Origin: an uncultured Nitrososphaeraceae archaeon | GTDB lineage: Archaea; Thermoproteota; Nitrososphaeria; Nitrososphaerales; Nitrososphaeraceae | Assembly (NCBI GenBank): GCA_963779615.1 | Contig: CAVZZA010000005.1 | Location: 768,001 to 832,000, forward strand | Direction: 5' to 3' | Length of the DNA: 64,000 bases | Shown here: positions 32,245 through 42,485 of the stretch, piece by piece | Layout: every line of letters starts with the position of its first letter | Numbering within the stretch: position 1 is the stretch's first letter | Position numbers and translations under genes: made by a program | Notes under the pieces: generated by a model | Seen by the model: only the letters and a program-made list of their open reading frames with translations | What the model was told of the DNA's origin: nothing | Database searches by the model: none

Positions 32245-32710
32245 ATGGCTAAAAAAACACCACCACATAGAAAGAAAGTTGCAGAACACACTATATATGA
32301 AACTGCCATCAAAGTCGGCTCTGGGCGCATTTGGCTTTGGATTGCCATCAAGCCAAGTGATAAGGGAATTCGCGGGTTTAACATATCAAAGGAGCGAAAT
32401 ATGATCGTTGCAGAGAAGTCTGTTTCTGGTCTGGTCAAAATTATGACAAACATCCGGTTTCCACAGATGGTGGTGGCACATGGGATCCCCAAGCCAGCAG
32501 GTTCTTGAAAACAGAACACCATATCCATTCCGCCTATGAGAAAAGCATCATTGAGAGAACAATGCGATTCATCAAGGATAGATCTGATAATTTGATGGTT
32601 ACTTTCCATGCAAAAGAAAGAAGTGCAAACTAAAGCAATGTAATGGATTGGTTGAGCCTGTTTGCAGACTATCACAATAAAGAGTTGAGAATTGTCAAGT
32701 GAACATATCC
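32245..32710 (+). mobile_element. IS6-family transposase remnant
   Basis: ETAIKVG..IWLWIAI..ISKERNM.VAE; PVSTDGG; EKSIIERTMRFIKDR; YFPC across frameshifts; TIR-like gtcaagtgaaca at 32694. Confidence 0.8.
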
Positions 32711-32778
32711 ATAACGGGCAATATACACATACATAAAAATGTAGTAGTAGTAGTATTTGAGTTAGTTTAAATACTTAG

Positions 32779-33213
32779 ATGTCATTCATGGCAGACTCCA
32801 TAAAACTAAAATCGCTGAAAGAGCCAAAAGAAGAATCAGACGGACTGAGGGTACTGATAGCTCGATATAGACCACGATATCTTCCAAAGCATAAAGAGAA
32901 CTGGGACGAATGGTGGAAAGACTTGGCTCCAAGCAGAGAACTCTGGAAAGAATACATTAAAGATAAAAGAATAGAGTGGCCTGAATACGCAAGGCGATTT
33001 GTACTTGAAATCAGAAACAATCCCAAAGCAGTAAAAGCATTGCAGACATTAGCAACCCCGGTCAATACAGATATTGATGAGTTGGAGAAGGAGAAGGAGA
33101 ATTGTCACTTTGCCACAAAGTACAGGGTCGTTACTCTTCTGTGTCATTGTAGGGACGAAAGACATTGCCACAGATCAATACTCAAGGAAATGATACTGGA
33201 ATTCACGAAATAA
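32779..33213 (+). CDS. DUF488 family protein
   Basis: DGLRVLI.RYRPR, W.KDLAPS.EL, LLCHC....CHRSIL. Confidence 0.88.
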   Translation: MSFMADSIKLKSLKEPKEESDGLRVLIARYRPRYLPKHKENWDEWWKDLAPSRELWKEYIKDKRIEWPEYARRFVLEIRNNPKAVKALQTLATPVNTDIDELEKEKENCHFATKYRVVTLLCHCRDERHCHRSILKEMILEFTK

Positions 33214-33477
33214 CACAATAGTTATTTTTTTTTTGTTTTTTTATGTTGACTGTTATCCGGATAAAACAACTCATTTGCACTAAAAACAATCACAATCAAG
33301 AAATCCTGTAAATCATAAAGCATACCTGTCATCATTGGTCAATGTTAATACAGGCATCAAGAATAACTAAAATCTTTAACATCCTCCATTGTATCAAATC
33401 GATCTTTTACTATATTCGGTAAACCCTGGTTACTGCTAAACTAAAGCAATTAAAAAAATTTGGATATTCTAATTTAT

Positions 33478-33843
33478 CTATTTTCCCATTATTATGCTCG
33501 GTGACGTATCTACTACGGTAGGAGATATTACGCCTTCTATTTTATATCCACCCTTTTTTATCTCATCAACTGCCTTTGAAAGCGCAATTATGTTTTTGGA
33601 GTATATGGTTAGAGTGGTAGGGCTTTCATATGCGATATGAACGGCATCATTACAACCACTAAGACCACATAATTGATAATCCTTATTTCCTTCAAAGTAA
33701 GTTGACCATTTGTTTTGTCCTGTGGAAGTATTGTTTTCAATCGGTAGTTGGGCAAATGAATCCCTGTAATTGTCTGTATCCGAAGACAATACTGCTATAA
33801 TAACGCCTAGTAGTGTTATTGATAAACCTGTTAATTTGTCCAT
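33478..33843 (-). CDS. Hypothetical exported protein
   Basis: 121 aa with a signal-like N-terminus; tttatat upstream. Confidence 0.55.
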   Translation of the reverse strand: MDKLTGLSITLLGVIIAVLSSDTDNYRDSFAQLPIENNTSTGQNKWSTYFEGNKDYQLCGLSGCNDAVHIAYESPTTLTIYSKNIIALSKAVDEIKKGGYKIEGVISPTVVDTSPSIIMGK

Positions 33844-34335
33844 CTGTGTTAGATGCTATCATTAGCATATAAACACTGGGCAAAAATTGGGTTCTGCTGA
33901 TTATTCAGTTGTCTAAATCAGCTGTTGATTTCCATGTTCCTTGATAGAAAGGAACCTAATTGATGATATTTTGTATATGTTTAAAGATTGGATGGTAGGC
34001 ATTTTAATATCCCCATCATCATATTTTTCTAAAATCCATATTGTGCGGTTTGAAAATTTAAATCCAAATAAGAAATTGCGAATAAACCAAGAAACCATAA
34101 CCAATTAACCTGCAACATACTTGCCCTTCTTCAACTGCCATTATCTTGTTTCTGCAATATTTCGGCACTGCCGTTTTAATCCCTCATTCTCCCTGTAGAC
34201 AAATTAAAGCATTAAACCGATTAAACAAGCCAAAAAGTACGATTAAAATGATTCAAACCATTCATGCATTTTTATAACAACATGACTTGCAAGTTTTTTA
34301 TTAGGTATATTAATCATCATCAACCATAAGTTTTA

Positions 34336-34713
34336 TTGATAAAGATTAAGGAAGAAGGAAAGGAAAATGAGAAAGGAAAAATAGAAGGAAAGGGAAAGGT
34401 TCATGTCACTTTAGAAGACAACGAAGAAAAGACTTTTGAAGGATATCCTATCACAATAAAATCAAAAAATATAAAACATTTTACGTATGAAATACAAAAG
34501 TCAACCAGGACAAAAACTCACCCCACAGAAAAGGGTGGTGGAATCATGGATAAAGTCATGGGGAAAACCAAGGATGTTAAAGACAAAGTTGTGGACACAA
34601 CCAAAGACGTTGCGGAAAATACAAAAAACACAGCAGCAAGTCAACAGTCATCTGAATCTTCACAATCATCTGGTCAACAAGTAACACAAGAGAAACTCGG
34701 TACAGGCCCCTAA
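34336..34713 (+). CDS. Hydrophilic hypothetical protein with a LEA-like helical segment
   Basis: MDKVMGKTKDVKDKVVDTTKDV 11-mer-like periodicity; start uncertain (may be 34546). Confidence 0.5.
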   Translation: MIKIKEEGKENEKGKIEGKGKVHVTLEDNEEKTFEGYPITIKSKNIKHFTYEIQKSTRTKTHPTEKGGGIMDKVMGKTKDVKDKVVDTTKDVAENTKNTAASQQSSESSQSSGQQVTQEKLGTGP

Positions 34714-35250
34714 TGGGAAGAATGGGCAATCCACAGATATCATGAAAATAAATCAAGGTTTTTCTCAAAGAAGAACAGAAAACCACATCAACATGGCAAC
34801 AAGCAGAAAGCAGTGTTTCAGTAATTAAAAATCATGGTCAAACAACAACAAACAAACTGCATAAATGGAGGCAATACCATTACAAAATGACTATTGTTGT
34901 TTATGGCCACATTACCTTTTTTTTACTGACCCTGTCAGTAACCAATTTTATGTTGTTTATTCCCTTTTTCTGTGTTCAGTTCCAATTGATTTAGGCAATG
35001 TGGCGGCCCGAACCTAATTGGATTTGGGTCACCACAACATAGTTTGGAAAATATCAATTGTAATGTGAGTCAACCCCAGAAACATCAATGAGTAGTTGCC
35101 GCTGCAGTATCAGGAGATGATGCCATAATTCACACGATAAAGCCAAACCTGCGCATGCCCACATGAAGAGAAGAGAGGAGATGATAAAAACCTGTCAAGT
35201 TCTCATGGCAAGGGGAATAATCAACCCATGGAATATGTTGGATTGGATGA

Positions 35251-36306
35251 TTATATTGAATTTATATCTATTACGAACCTGTACCGAACATCGCTCTTCA
35301 CAACGCGTTCATAGGCTTCATTGACCTTCTGAATAGGTATAAGTTCGATGTCGCATAGTATGTTGTGTTCACTGCAAAAATCAAGCATCTGCTGTGTCTC
35401 CCGAATTCCACCAATAGCTGAGCCAGCAAGGCTTCGACGAGCACTGATTAGTGGGGCAGCACCAATCGGCGTGTCCTTCTCAGGGATTCCAACCACAACC
35501 ATTGCGCCATCAAGGGCAAGAAGGTTAAGGTACCGATTCAAGTCAAGTTCGACTGAAACTGTGTTTACAACTAGGTCAAAATATCCTTTGAGCTTGTCGA
35601 AGGTCATTGGATCGGATGTTGCACAGAAATTATCTGCACCCATCTTTTTCCCATCTTCTTGTTTTTTGAGCGAGTGGCTGAGAACCGTGACTTCTGCACC
35701 CAACGCGTGGGCTATTTTTACCCCCATGTGTCCAAGGCCACCAAGCCCTATGATGCCAACCTTTTTTCCAGGACCGGCCTTCCAATGCATAAGTGGTGAA
35801 TACAACGTGATACCCGCACAGAGGAGTGGTGCTGCTCGATCCATGGGAAGGTTGTCTGGAATTCGAAGGACATAGTTTTCATCAACTACGATTTTATTTG
35901 AATAGCCTCCATATGTGTGGGTTTTTCCGTCCATCTCAACATCATTGTATGTAAGAGTCGCCCCCTCCAAACAATACTGCTCAAGTCCATCATTGCATGG
36001 GCTACACCTTCGACAAGAGTTTACAAAACAACCTACTCCAACTCTATCGCCCACTTTGTATCGCGTCGCTTTTGTACCGATTTGTGAGACAATACCCACG
36101 ATCTCGTGCCCTGGAACCATTGGAAAGATTGACCCGCCCCACTCATCACCGACTTGGTGAATATCCGAATGGCAAATCCCGCAGTACTGAATGTCTACCA
36201 CTACATCATGATCGCCAGGTGAGCGTCTCTCAAAAAGATAAGGAGTGAGTGGGGATTTGGATTTTATGGCAGCATATCCACGAACTTGGGTCATTGTATT
36301 TCCCAT
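35251..36306 (-). CDS. NADP-dependent Zn alcohol dehydrogenase (CAD/YahK/AdhC family)
   Basis: [36 protein letters not shown]. Confidence 0.94.
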   Translation of the reverse strand: MGNTMTQVRGYAAIKSKSPLTPYLFERRSPGDHDVVVDIQYCGICHSDIHQVGDEWGGSIFPMVPGHEIVGIVSQIGTKATRYKVGDRVGVGCFVNSCRRCSPCNDGLEQYCLEGATLTYNDVEMDGKTHTYGGYSNKIVVDENYVLRIPDNLPMDRAAPLLCAGITLYSPLMHWKAGPGKKVGIIGLGGLGHMGVKIAHALGAEVTVLSHSLKKQEDGKKMGADNFCATSDPMTFDKLKGYFDLVVNTVSVELDLNRYLNLLALDGAMVVVGIPEKDTPIGAAPLISARRSLAGSAIGGIRETQQMLDFCSEHNILCDIELIPIQKVNEAYERVVKSDVRYRFVIDINSI

Positions 36307-36404
36307 CTACCCAACTTGTCCCAAGGCAGTTAAGAATGTAACAGGATCCGTCAGGCTTGCGCCCATAGAAAAATATTTGTTCTTTATCCCACCTCATAAA
36401 AGTA

Positions 36405-37469
36405 TTGGTTTTACCGGAAGTTGAACGCCTCTCAATTACATTGTTAATGGATAACTATACGGATAGGTTACTACCTTTGTCAGATAAGCACACCATTCGC
36501 CCACCAATGATAAGGAAAGAAAGATTTCTTCCCCCTCCTATTGCAGAGCATGGTTTTTCGGCCCTAATCGAGGTCAGTTGTAATAACGAAAACGGAAGGA
36601 GAAACAAAGGCAGGGTTTCCAGAGGGAGCAGCACATTTCTTTTTGATTGCGGCATAAGCGAAAACGGTGTAATTTATAACGCAGATACATTAGGATTGGA
36701 TTTGAGCAACATAAGCGCAATAATACTTAGTCATGGACACCTAGATCATTTCGCCGCGCTTCCAAACGTCCTCAAAAAAATAGGCGCATCCACAAGACTA
36801 GTTTGCCATCCGGATGCATTCTTGAAAAGATGGATTGTATTTCCTAATGGCAAGGGCAAAGCAAAAATGCCTTTTCTAGATAAAGAGAAGTTACAAAGGC
36901 AGGGAGCCAAGGTAATTATGAAACAAGGGCCAAGCGTAATCTCTGAGGACAGCATTGAGGATTTTTCTTCTTCACCATCTACACACAGCAGCAACAATAA
37001 CTCATCATTTCTTTCACCAAAACTAATAATCACAGGCCAGATACCACGGAATACCCTATTTGAAAAAGGATTTCCAATTCAGCATAAAGAAGATCCGGAT
37101 GAGAACAATCTTGCGCCAGATACATTGGTAAATGACGACCAGGCCATTGTGGTAAACATCAAAAAAAAAGGATTGGTAATTATAAGCGGGTGTGCGCACG
37201 CCGGAATCATCAACACAATTAACTATGCCAAATTACTCACAGGAATCGATAAAATATTTGCAGTCTTAGGGGGCTTTCATCTGACAGGCGGAGGAATTTA
37301 TGAGGAGGCCATCGAGCCTACAATAAGGGAATTGAAAAATGCGAATCCCAGATACATTGTGCCATGTCATTGTACTGGATGGAAAGCCACAAACAGAATA
37401 ATCCAAGAAATGCCTGAAAGGTTCCTGCAATCAAGCGTATGCACAACATTCACATTTGAATCACCATAG
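36405..37469 (+). CDS. MBL-fold metallo-hydrolase (MJ0301 / dihydropteroate-synthase-like subfamily)
   Basis: AEHGFS, SHGHLDH, DDQA, SGCAHAG, GGFHL, PCHCTG. Confidence 0.88.
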   Translation: MVLPEVERLSITLLMDNYTDRLLPLSDKHTIRPPMIRKERFLPPPIAEHGFSALIEVSCNNENGRRNKGRVSRGSSTFLFDCGISENGVIYNADTLGLDLSNISAIILSHGHLDHFAALPNVLKKIGASTRLVCHPDAFLKRWIVFPNGKGKAKMPFLDKEKLQRQGAKVIMKQGPSVISEDSIEDFSSSPSTHSSNNNSSFLSPKLIITGQIPRNTLFEKGFPIQHKEDPDENNLAPDTLVNDDQAIVVNIKKKGLVIISGCAHAGIINTINYAKLLTGIDKIFAVLGGFHLTGGGIYEEAIEPTIRELKNANPRYIVPCHCTGWKATNRIIQEMPERFLQSSVCTTFTFESP

Positions 37470-37876
37470 TAACAACAATAGCAGCAGTAGTAGTAGTGAC
37501 AGCAGATGCGCTGACTTGATTAGTTTGCAAATTCAAACGGCAAAACCCCTTTACAACGAGCACATCAATCTTGATGGTTGCTTTCAACTGATTAACCGTT
37601 ATGCTGCTGCTTTTCGCCTATTAGAATGATTTCAGTCGCATATTGATTTTATTGCTTTTGACATCGGGTAATCCCATTACAACATCCAGCAGCCAGTTGT
37701 ATGGCCATTGATTTTGGCCTTTTTTTGACCGATTTGACCAACAAAATGACCAAATTGACCGCTTCTAGATATTTATCTTTTATATGTAAACAAAACCAGT
37801 TCAAGGCCAATCGGTTTTAGGTGTGCATGCACGCCAGAATTGGCTGCGTCTGCATAATATTATGCTTGCCAAAAGG

Positions 37877-39913
37877 TCACTTACCATCATATTCCTCTGC
37901 TTCTTCAAAAAGATGCTTCCCGTGATAGAGTTGATTGCCCATCTGGAAAGTCCTTGCCTGCGACCGCATTGTAGGCGAATGTGCAGCCAGGTATCTAGCA
38001 GCGGCTACCAAAATATTGACACATTCAGAATCCACATCATCGTTATCTTTGATGGAAGGAAGAAGACGAGACAATTGTATAAATGCTGCATCAACCATCT
38101 GAATAGAATGAAAGTTCCGATCTTCGCGCAGTAAAAGACTCCCAAGTAAAGCCAAAAGCAGGTCTAAGCTGCCCCCATTATAAAGATAGTCAGAAACTAG
38201 TTGTCCTGCTTGATTTGTCTGCTGCTGTTTATCCAAAACCTCTGGCAATGTATTTAGCAATGTTCTAACAGCCTGTTCCGGGGAATTGACATTATTATCA
38301 GTATTATCATCACTGCTCTTTCCCTTTCCAATGGCAACAGTTAATTTTGGTTTTGGAATCTTTGCTGGAGGCACATTAAGAAAGCGATTAAGATATATTC
38401 TCATTGCAGCATCAAAAACCCCCCTCAATAGATCTGGTGTTGCGTTCCTTCTCAATCCTTGGTTGACTGCATTGGCGAAGGTAAACGTATGCAACACTGC
38501 ATCCCAATCACCAAATTCATTGCGCGTGTGAAATTGTGCAATGCGCAAGGCAGCTGCATAAGCTACAGCACCAGATAACTCCACTTCACTCGCTCCTTGG
38601 CTCAAAGCACCTAATAATTCATCGACAATTGATTGTGGTTGATTATCGCCATCCCAGCCACTGCCACCACCACCACTGATGTCACCACCACCACCAAGTA
38701 TCTCGGCCACCAGGTTGTCTCTGCTGACGTCATCCCATTTTTTTCGTCTGGTTCTACCAGCAGCATTCTCTAGCGTAATTTGGAGCTTCTTGAATGCCTT
38801 TTCAACAATAGCAACCAAATCGATTGGATGACGCCATGAATTAGATTCCTCCATCCTTTCGGCAGTGGCATATCCCACAACAAGGCTACTCAAAACAGAT
38901 TCCACAACATCATCATTATCCCATCCAACTATATCCAGTGCCTCTAGTGCCTTGTTTGTGAAATCAAGTGTGTGGCCCACATCTAGGAAACGGTGGTCTG
39001 TTGCTGCTGCAAAAAGTATATCGGATAGTTTCTGGCTCCTGGATTCATTATCAGCACCAGCGGCAGCGACAAGCCTTACTGCCGTGACAATGCACCTTTC
39101 CGCACCCTGTGCGTCACGAGATTCAATAAATTGTCTGAACCAGCCCTTGAGTGTTGACAGCTCTGGCCAAGGTTGGGGAAGAGGCGTGATCTCAAAACGA
39201 GGCGGAACCGAGGCACAGTCTTGGGCCACAGCAGAGAGACCGTGGTATAGGGCATGTGCCTTGCATTCTGCAGACTCTAGATACGGAATGATGTTCATCA
39301 TACAGGCATGTATTGTCAATCCCTGGCCCCACCCTGATTGTTTGAAGCGAGCTCCAAATTCAAGGCCTGCCTGAAATGCCTTAATCAAGCCATCACTGTA
39401 CGAGCGATGGGGCTGTCCCTCTTTCTTATTTTCTTTACTGGATGGTGAATCACCACTAACCATTGCAATAACAGCCTTGGCAATCATTAATGAAATATTT
39501 TGCCTCAATCCATTTTGCAATAGCATCGGATAATACAACTTTGGGTCAATGGAGGAATGCGAAATGTCCAACCACACCTCTTTATCCTCATTGCGGATTT
39601 GTACCGGAAACGAGGAAACATCCCCAGCCCATTGGTCAAATGTACCCCCGTTCATCAAGTCAAATCGCGCATGGTGCCAGTGACAGGTAAGCACACCGTT
39701 TTTTACGGTACCGCGACTTAAAGGAAACCCCATATGAGGGCATCTGTTATCTATAGCGTACACTTTGGAATTATAAAGGAAAAGCGCAATTGTATGATTT
39801 TCCATCTGGACTGCCAGACAGGCGCCATCGGCTTCCTCAATGTCTTTTATGTGGGCAATAAAAACATAATGTGGTGGTCGATCTGTGGTTTCTGATGCGG
39901 TCATTGGATGCAT
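37877..39913 (-). CDS. Rieske [2Fe-2S] ferredoxin fused to a large His-rich helical domain
   Basis: NRCPHMG...TCHWHHARF Rieske ligands in the first ~115 aa, followed by ~550 aa of helical-looking sequence. Confidence 0.88.
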   Translation of the reverse strand: MHPMTASETTDRPPHYVFIAHIKDIEEADGACLAVQMENHTIALFLYNSKVYAIDNRCPHMGFPLSRGTVKNGVLTCHWHHARFDLMNGGTFDQWAGDVSSFPVQIRNEDKEVWLDISHSSIDPKLYYPMLLQNGLRQNISLMIAKAVIAMVSGDSPSSKENKKEGQPHRSYSDGLIKAFQAGLEFGARFKQSGWGQGLTIHACMMNIIPYLESAECKAHALYHGLSAVAQDCASVPPRFEITPLPQPWPELSTLKGWFRQFIESRDAQGAERCIVTAVRLVAAAGADNESRSQKLSDILFAAATDHRFLDVGHTLDFTNKALEALDIVGWDNDDVVESVLSSLVVGYATAERMEESNSWRHPIDLVAIVEKAFKKLQITLENAAGRTRRKKWDDVSRDNLVAEILGGGGDISGGGGSGWDGDNQPQSIVDELLGALSQGASEVELSGAVAYAAALRIAQFHTRNEFGDWDAVLHTFTFANAVNQGLRRNATPDLLRGVFDAAMRIYLNRFLNVPPAKIPKPKLTVAIGKGKSSDDNTDNNVNSPEQAVRTLLNTLPEVLDKQQQTNQAGQLVSDYLYNGGSLDLLLALLGSLLLREDRNFHSIQMVDAAFIQLSRLLPSIKDNDDVDSECVNILVAAARYLAAHSPTMRSQARTFQMGNQLYHGKHLFEEAEEYDGK

Positions 39914-40066
39914 AATTCTCCTATGTATGATGTCTATACCTTTGGATGTTTTTTACCTTTATGCCCATATCTCGCTAGCACCCATATTCTGGACCTTAAA
40001 AATGATAAAAAGTAAAAGTAAAAAAATAGTTTTATTTTATTTTAAAAACCACGTGTATTTTTTTAC

Positions 40067-40612
40067 CTAATCCCATTGTTTTGACATTCCTATGCCATGC
40101 CCTTTCATCATACCGTCAGAACCACCGCCATGCACCATCCACATCATTTCCTTAAATGTCATTTTTTGAGAAGAAAGGACACTTCCGTCACCAGGATCGA
40201 TTATCACCCTATGTACAGCATTATTTGAGTCGACTGTAAATATGTTGTATACAACAAATCCGTTTTCAGGATGGATAAAAGCTGCCATGGTTGTGGAATT
40301 GTTCCCTATGTTATCTTCTGCAGTGGTTATCGCATCATCCAGGCTAACATGTATGCTGGCTTTGAAAGCATTTATCAATGTTTGAGAAATTGGAATGGAC
40401 CCCGTAAAATTAACAGTAGACGACGATGTACCATTTACCGCCTCACCCACTGAACCTGAATTTGCTAGTTGAAAAGAGTTGGGTCCTGTTTGGTTTTGGG
40501 CACCTGCAGTCTGCATTGACAGAGTATTTAATGCTCCAGATCCAATAGTTGTTGCAGCCATCACTGTCATTATCATAATTGAGGTAACTACTACAAAGAT
40601 TTTGGATTTCAT
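40067..40612 (-). CDS. Secreted PepSY-like protein with Met/His-rich tail
   Basis: Signal peptide; VSLDDAITTAE, VIIDPGDGSVL; probable start MKSKIF. Confidence 0.7.
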   Translation of the reverse strand: MKSKIFVVVTSIMIMTVMAATTIGSGALNTLSMQTAGAQNQTGPNSFQLANSGSVGEAVNGTSSSTVNFTGSIPISQTLINAFKASIHVSLDDAITTAEDNIGNNSTTMAAFIHPENGFVVYNIFTVDSNNAVHRVIIDPGDGSVLSSQKMTFKEMMWMVHGGGSDGMMKGHGIGMSKQWD

Positions 40613-41467
40613 CAAAAAACAAACAATTTCATATCTTATAAAGTTAGTTAAGGCTGTAGGAGGAAGGAAGAGGATCAATTAGATTTAATAAGAGATTTAT
40701 CCCCACCCAAAATAAGACACAAACCTTCAGAACCTGCGTCATGAACATGCTTGTCAGAATAAGCATCAACATACAAGCCACCATTCATCCCTCGAGACAA
40801 GCAAGTCAAAACCCATGTTACAACGTTCATATTTCTGCAACTACAAAAAACACCACTATGCAGACATTATCAGCCTGGTATCCATCTGTCGCCACAAACA
40901 ATCCCCAAACTCCATCAAATATTTTCAACAAAGCCAATTTTTAGGTGGCGACTTTATTGTGAAAGTCATGGCAGACACAATCCTTTTGTGATTTGGCCCA
41001 CAACCAATATAGAACAATCAAGATAAAGAGCCGCATTCATCTTCCGACCAACCCATCAAAACTGATGATGATTTTGATGCTGATGCTTGTCTCCAAAGTC
41101 TTGGAAGGGTGCTCTTGCGACCTTTTATGGGTTTGTTCATTTTTTGTTTTTGTACCTTTATTGAATTTAAGAGGATAAAACCATCCCGATGCTGATGCTG
41201 ATGCTGCTGCGGCTTCTTGTAACTGTATCCCCCACACAACCTAAATGTTCAGCATCAATAGAAAATTATGCCGAAGAAAAACATTTTGACTATTTTCTTT
41301 GACTCCGCAACCAGCATCGCATATTTTGGCACAGTCAAATTTAACCCACATCTTTTAGTAGACTCGCCCTCCCCCTCTATGTGCACGCACACCAAATAGC
41401 ATATCAATCAATAACAAAAATAATTGAAAAAAGGCATTGAAAAGGAGTTTCCAGAAACACACATTTT

Positions 41468-42367
41468 TTAAGCAGTGTTGAGAAACTCGCTCATAATCTG
41501 ATTTACCTCTGTCGGTGCTTCTTGCTGCACCCAATGACCACAGTTAGAAATAAATTTTATGGAGAATGGCGCCTCAACGAATTCTTTTGTATTTTCTGTC
41601 AACTCCTTCCCTAAAAACAAATCATCTTCACCCCATATCATCAGTACAGGACTTCTAATCTTTGGGAACGGAATGCTTTCAGCAAGGTTTTCCCAAAACT
41701 CGGCATTCAGATTAGCTCTGTAGTAATTTATCCCTCCGGTTATTCCCCCACCTTCCCTGCGCCAAGAAGAAACATACTCTTGGACATCATTTTGGGTAAA
41801 CCTATCCCTTCTCTTTATCGACAATTCAAACATATGCTTGAGTAACTCAAAATTATTACCACTCAGCACCTTTTCTGGAGCTTTTTGCAGAAGAAAAAAG
41901 AAAATATACCAACTCTTCTGCATTTGGGCCAAATTATTGAAAGCGTTTTTTTGATATGATGCAGGATGTGGTGCATTCATGACTATCAGTTTTTCCACTA
42001 CACCTGGAGCAATCATTGCAATAGACCAACCAATTATACCGCCCCAATCATGGCCCACTATAATTGCCTTTTCCTTGCCCAATGAATGTATTAGTTCCAC
42101 TATATCTGTAACCAGTTTGTCTATTCTGTATTCTCGTATATCTTTGGGTGCATCGGTTTCACCATACCCGCGCAGGTCAGGAGCAACTACTTTAAAACGC
42201 TTTTCAAAAAAAGGAATTTGATGTCTCCAGGAATACCAAAACTCCGGGAATCCATGTAAAAAGACCATTAAGGGGCGATTATTGTCATTTCCCGTTGTAA
42301 CATAATGCATGCTAATCCCATTAACATTTACAAATTTATCTTGTAATACATCATGGTCATTAGACAT
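41468..42367 (-). CDS. Alpha/beta hydrolase, epoxide hydrolase-like
   Basis: HGFP, GHDWGG (Asp nucleophile), NYYRA, GHWVQQE; probable start MSNDHD. Confidence 0.92.
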   Translation of the reverse strand: MSNDHDVLQDKFVNVNGISMHYVTTGNDNNRPLMVFLHGFPEFWYSWRHQIPFFEKRFKVVAPDLRGYGETDAPKDIREYRIDKLVTDIVELIHSLGKEKAIIVGHDWGGIIGWSIAMIAPGVVEKLIVMNAPHPASYQKNAFNNLAQMQKSWYIFFFLLQKAPEKVLSGNNFELLKHMFELSIKRRDRFTQNDVQEYVSSWRREGGGITGGINYYRANLNAEFWENLAESIPFPKIRSPVLMIWGEDDLFLGKELTENTKEFVEAPFSIKFISNCGHWVQQEAPTEVNQIMSEFLNTA

Positions 42368-42485
42368 AACCACATATTTTTGTATGGCAGAATATTTAAA
42401 AATTGATATTTTTCTAGGACAAGAGAACCAGTTATGACAAAGACATAAAAAAACGAGCAAAAGAATAGGAGGAGGTATTTTTCAC

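Noticed and set aside
34998-35035. Imperfect GC-rich hairpin gtggcggcccgaacc...ggatttgggtcaccac
   Set aside because: Single, mismatched and without promoter or homolog evidence; not tRNA-like
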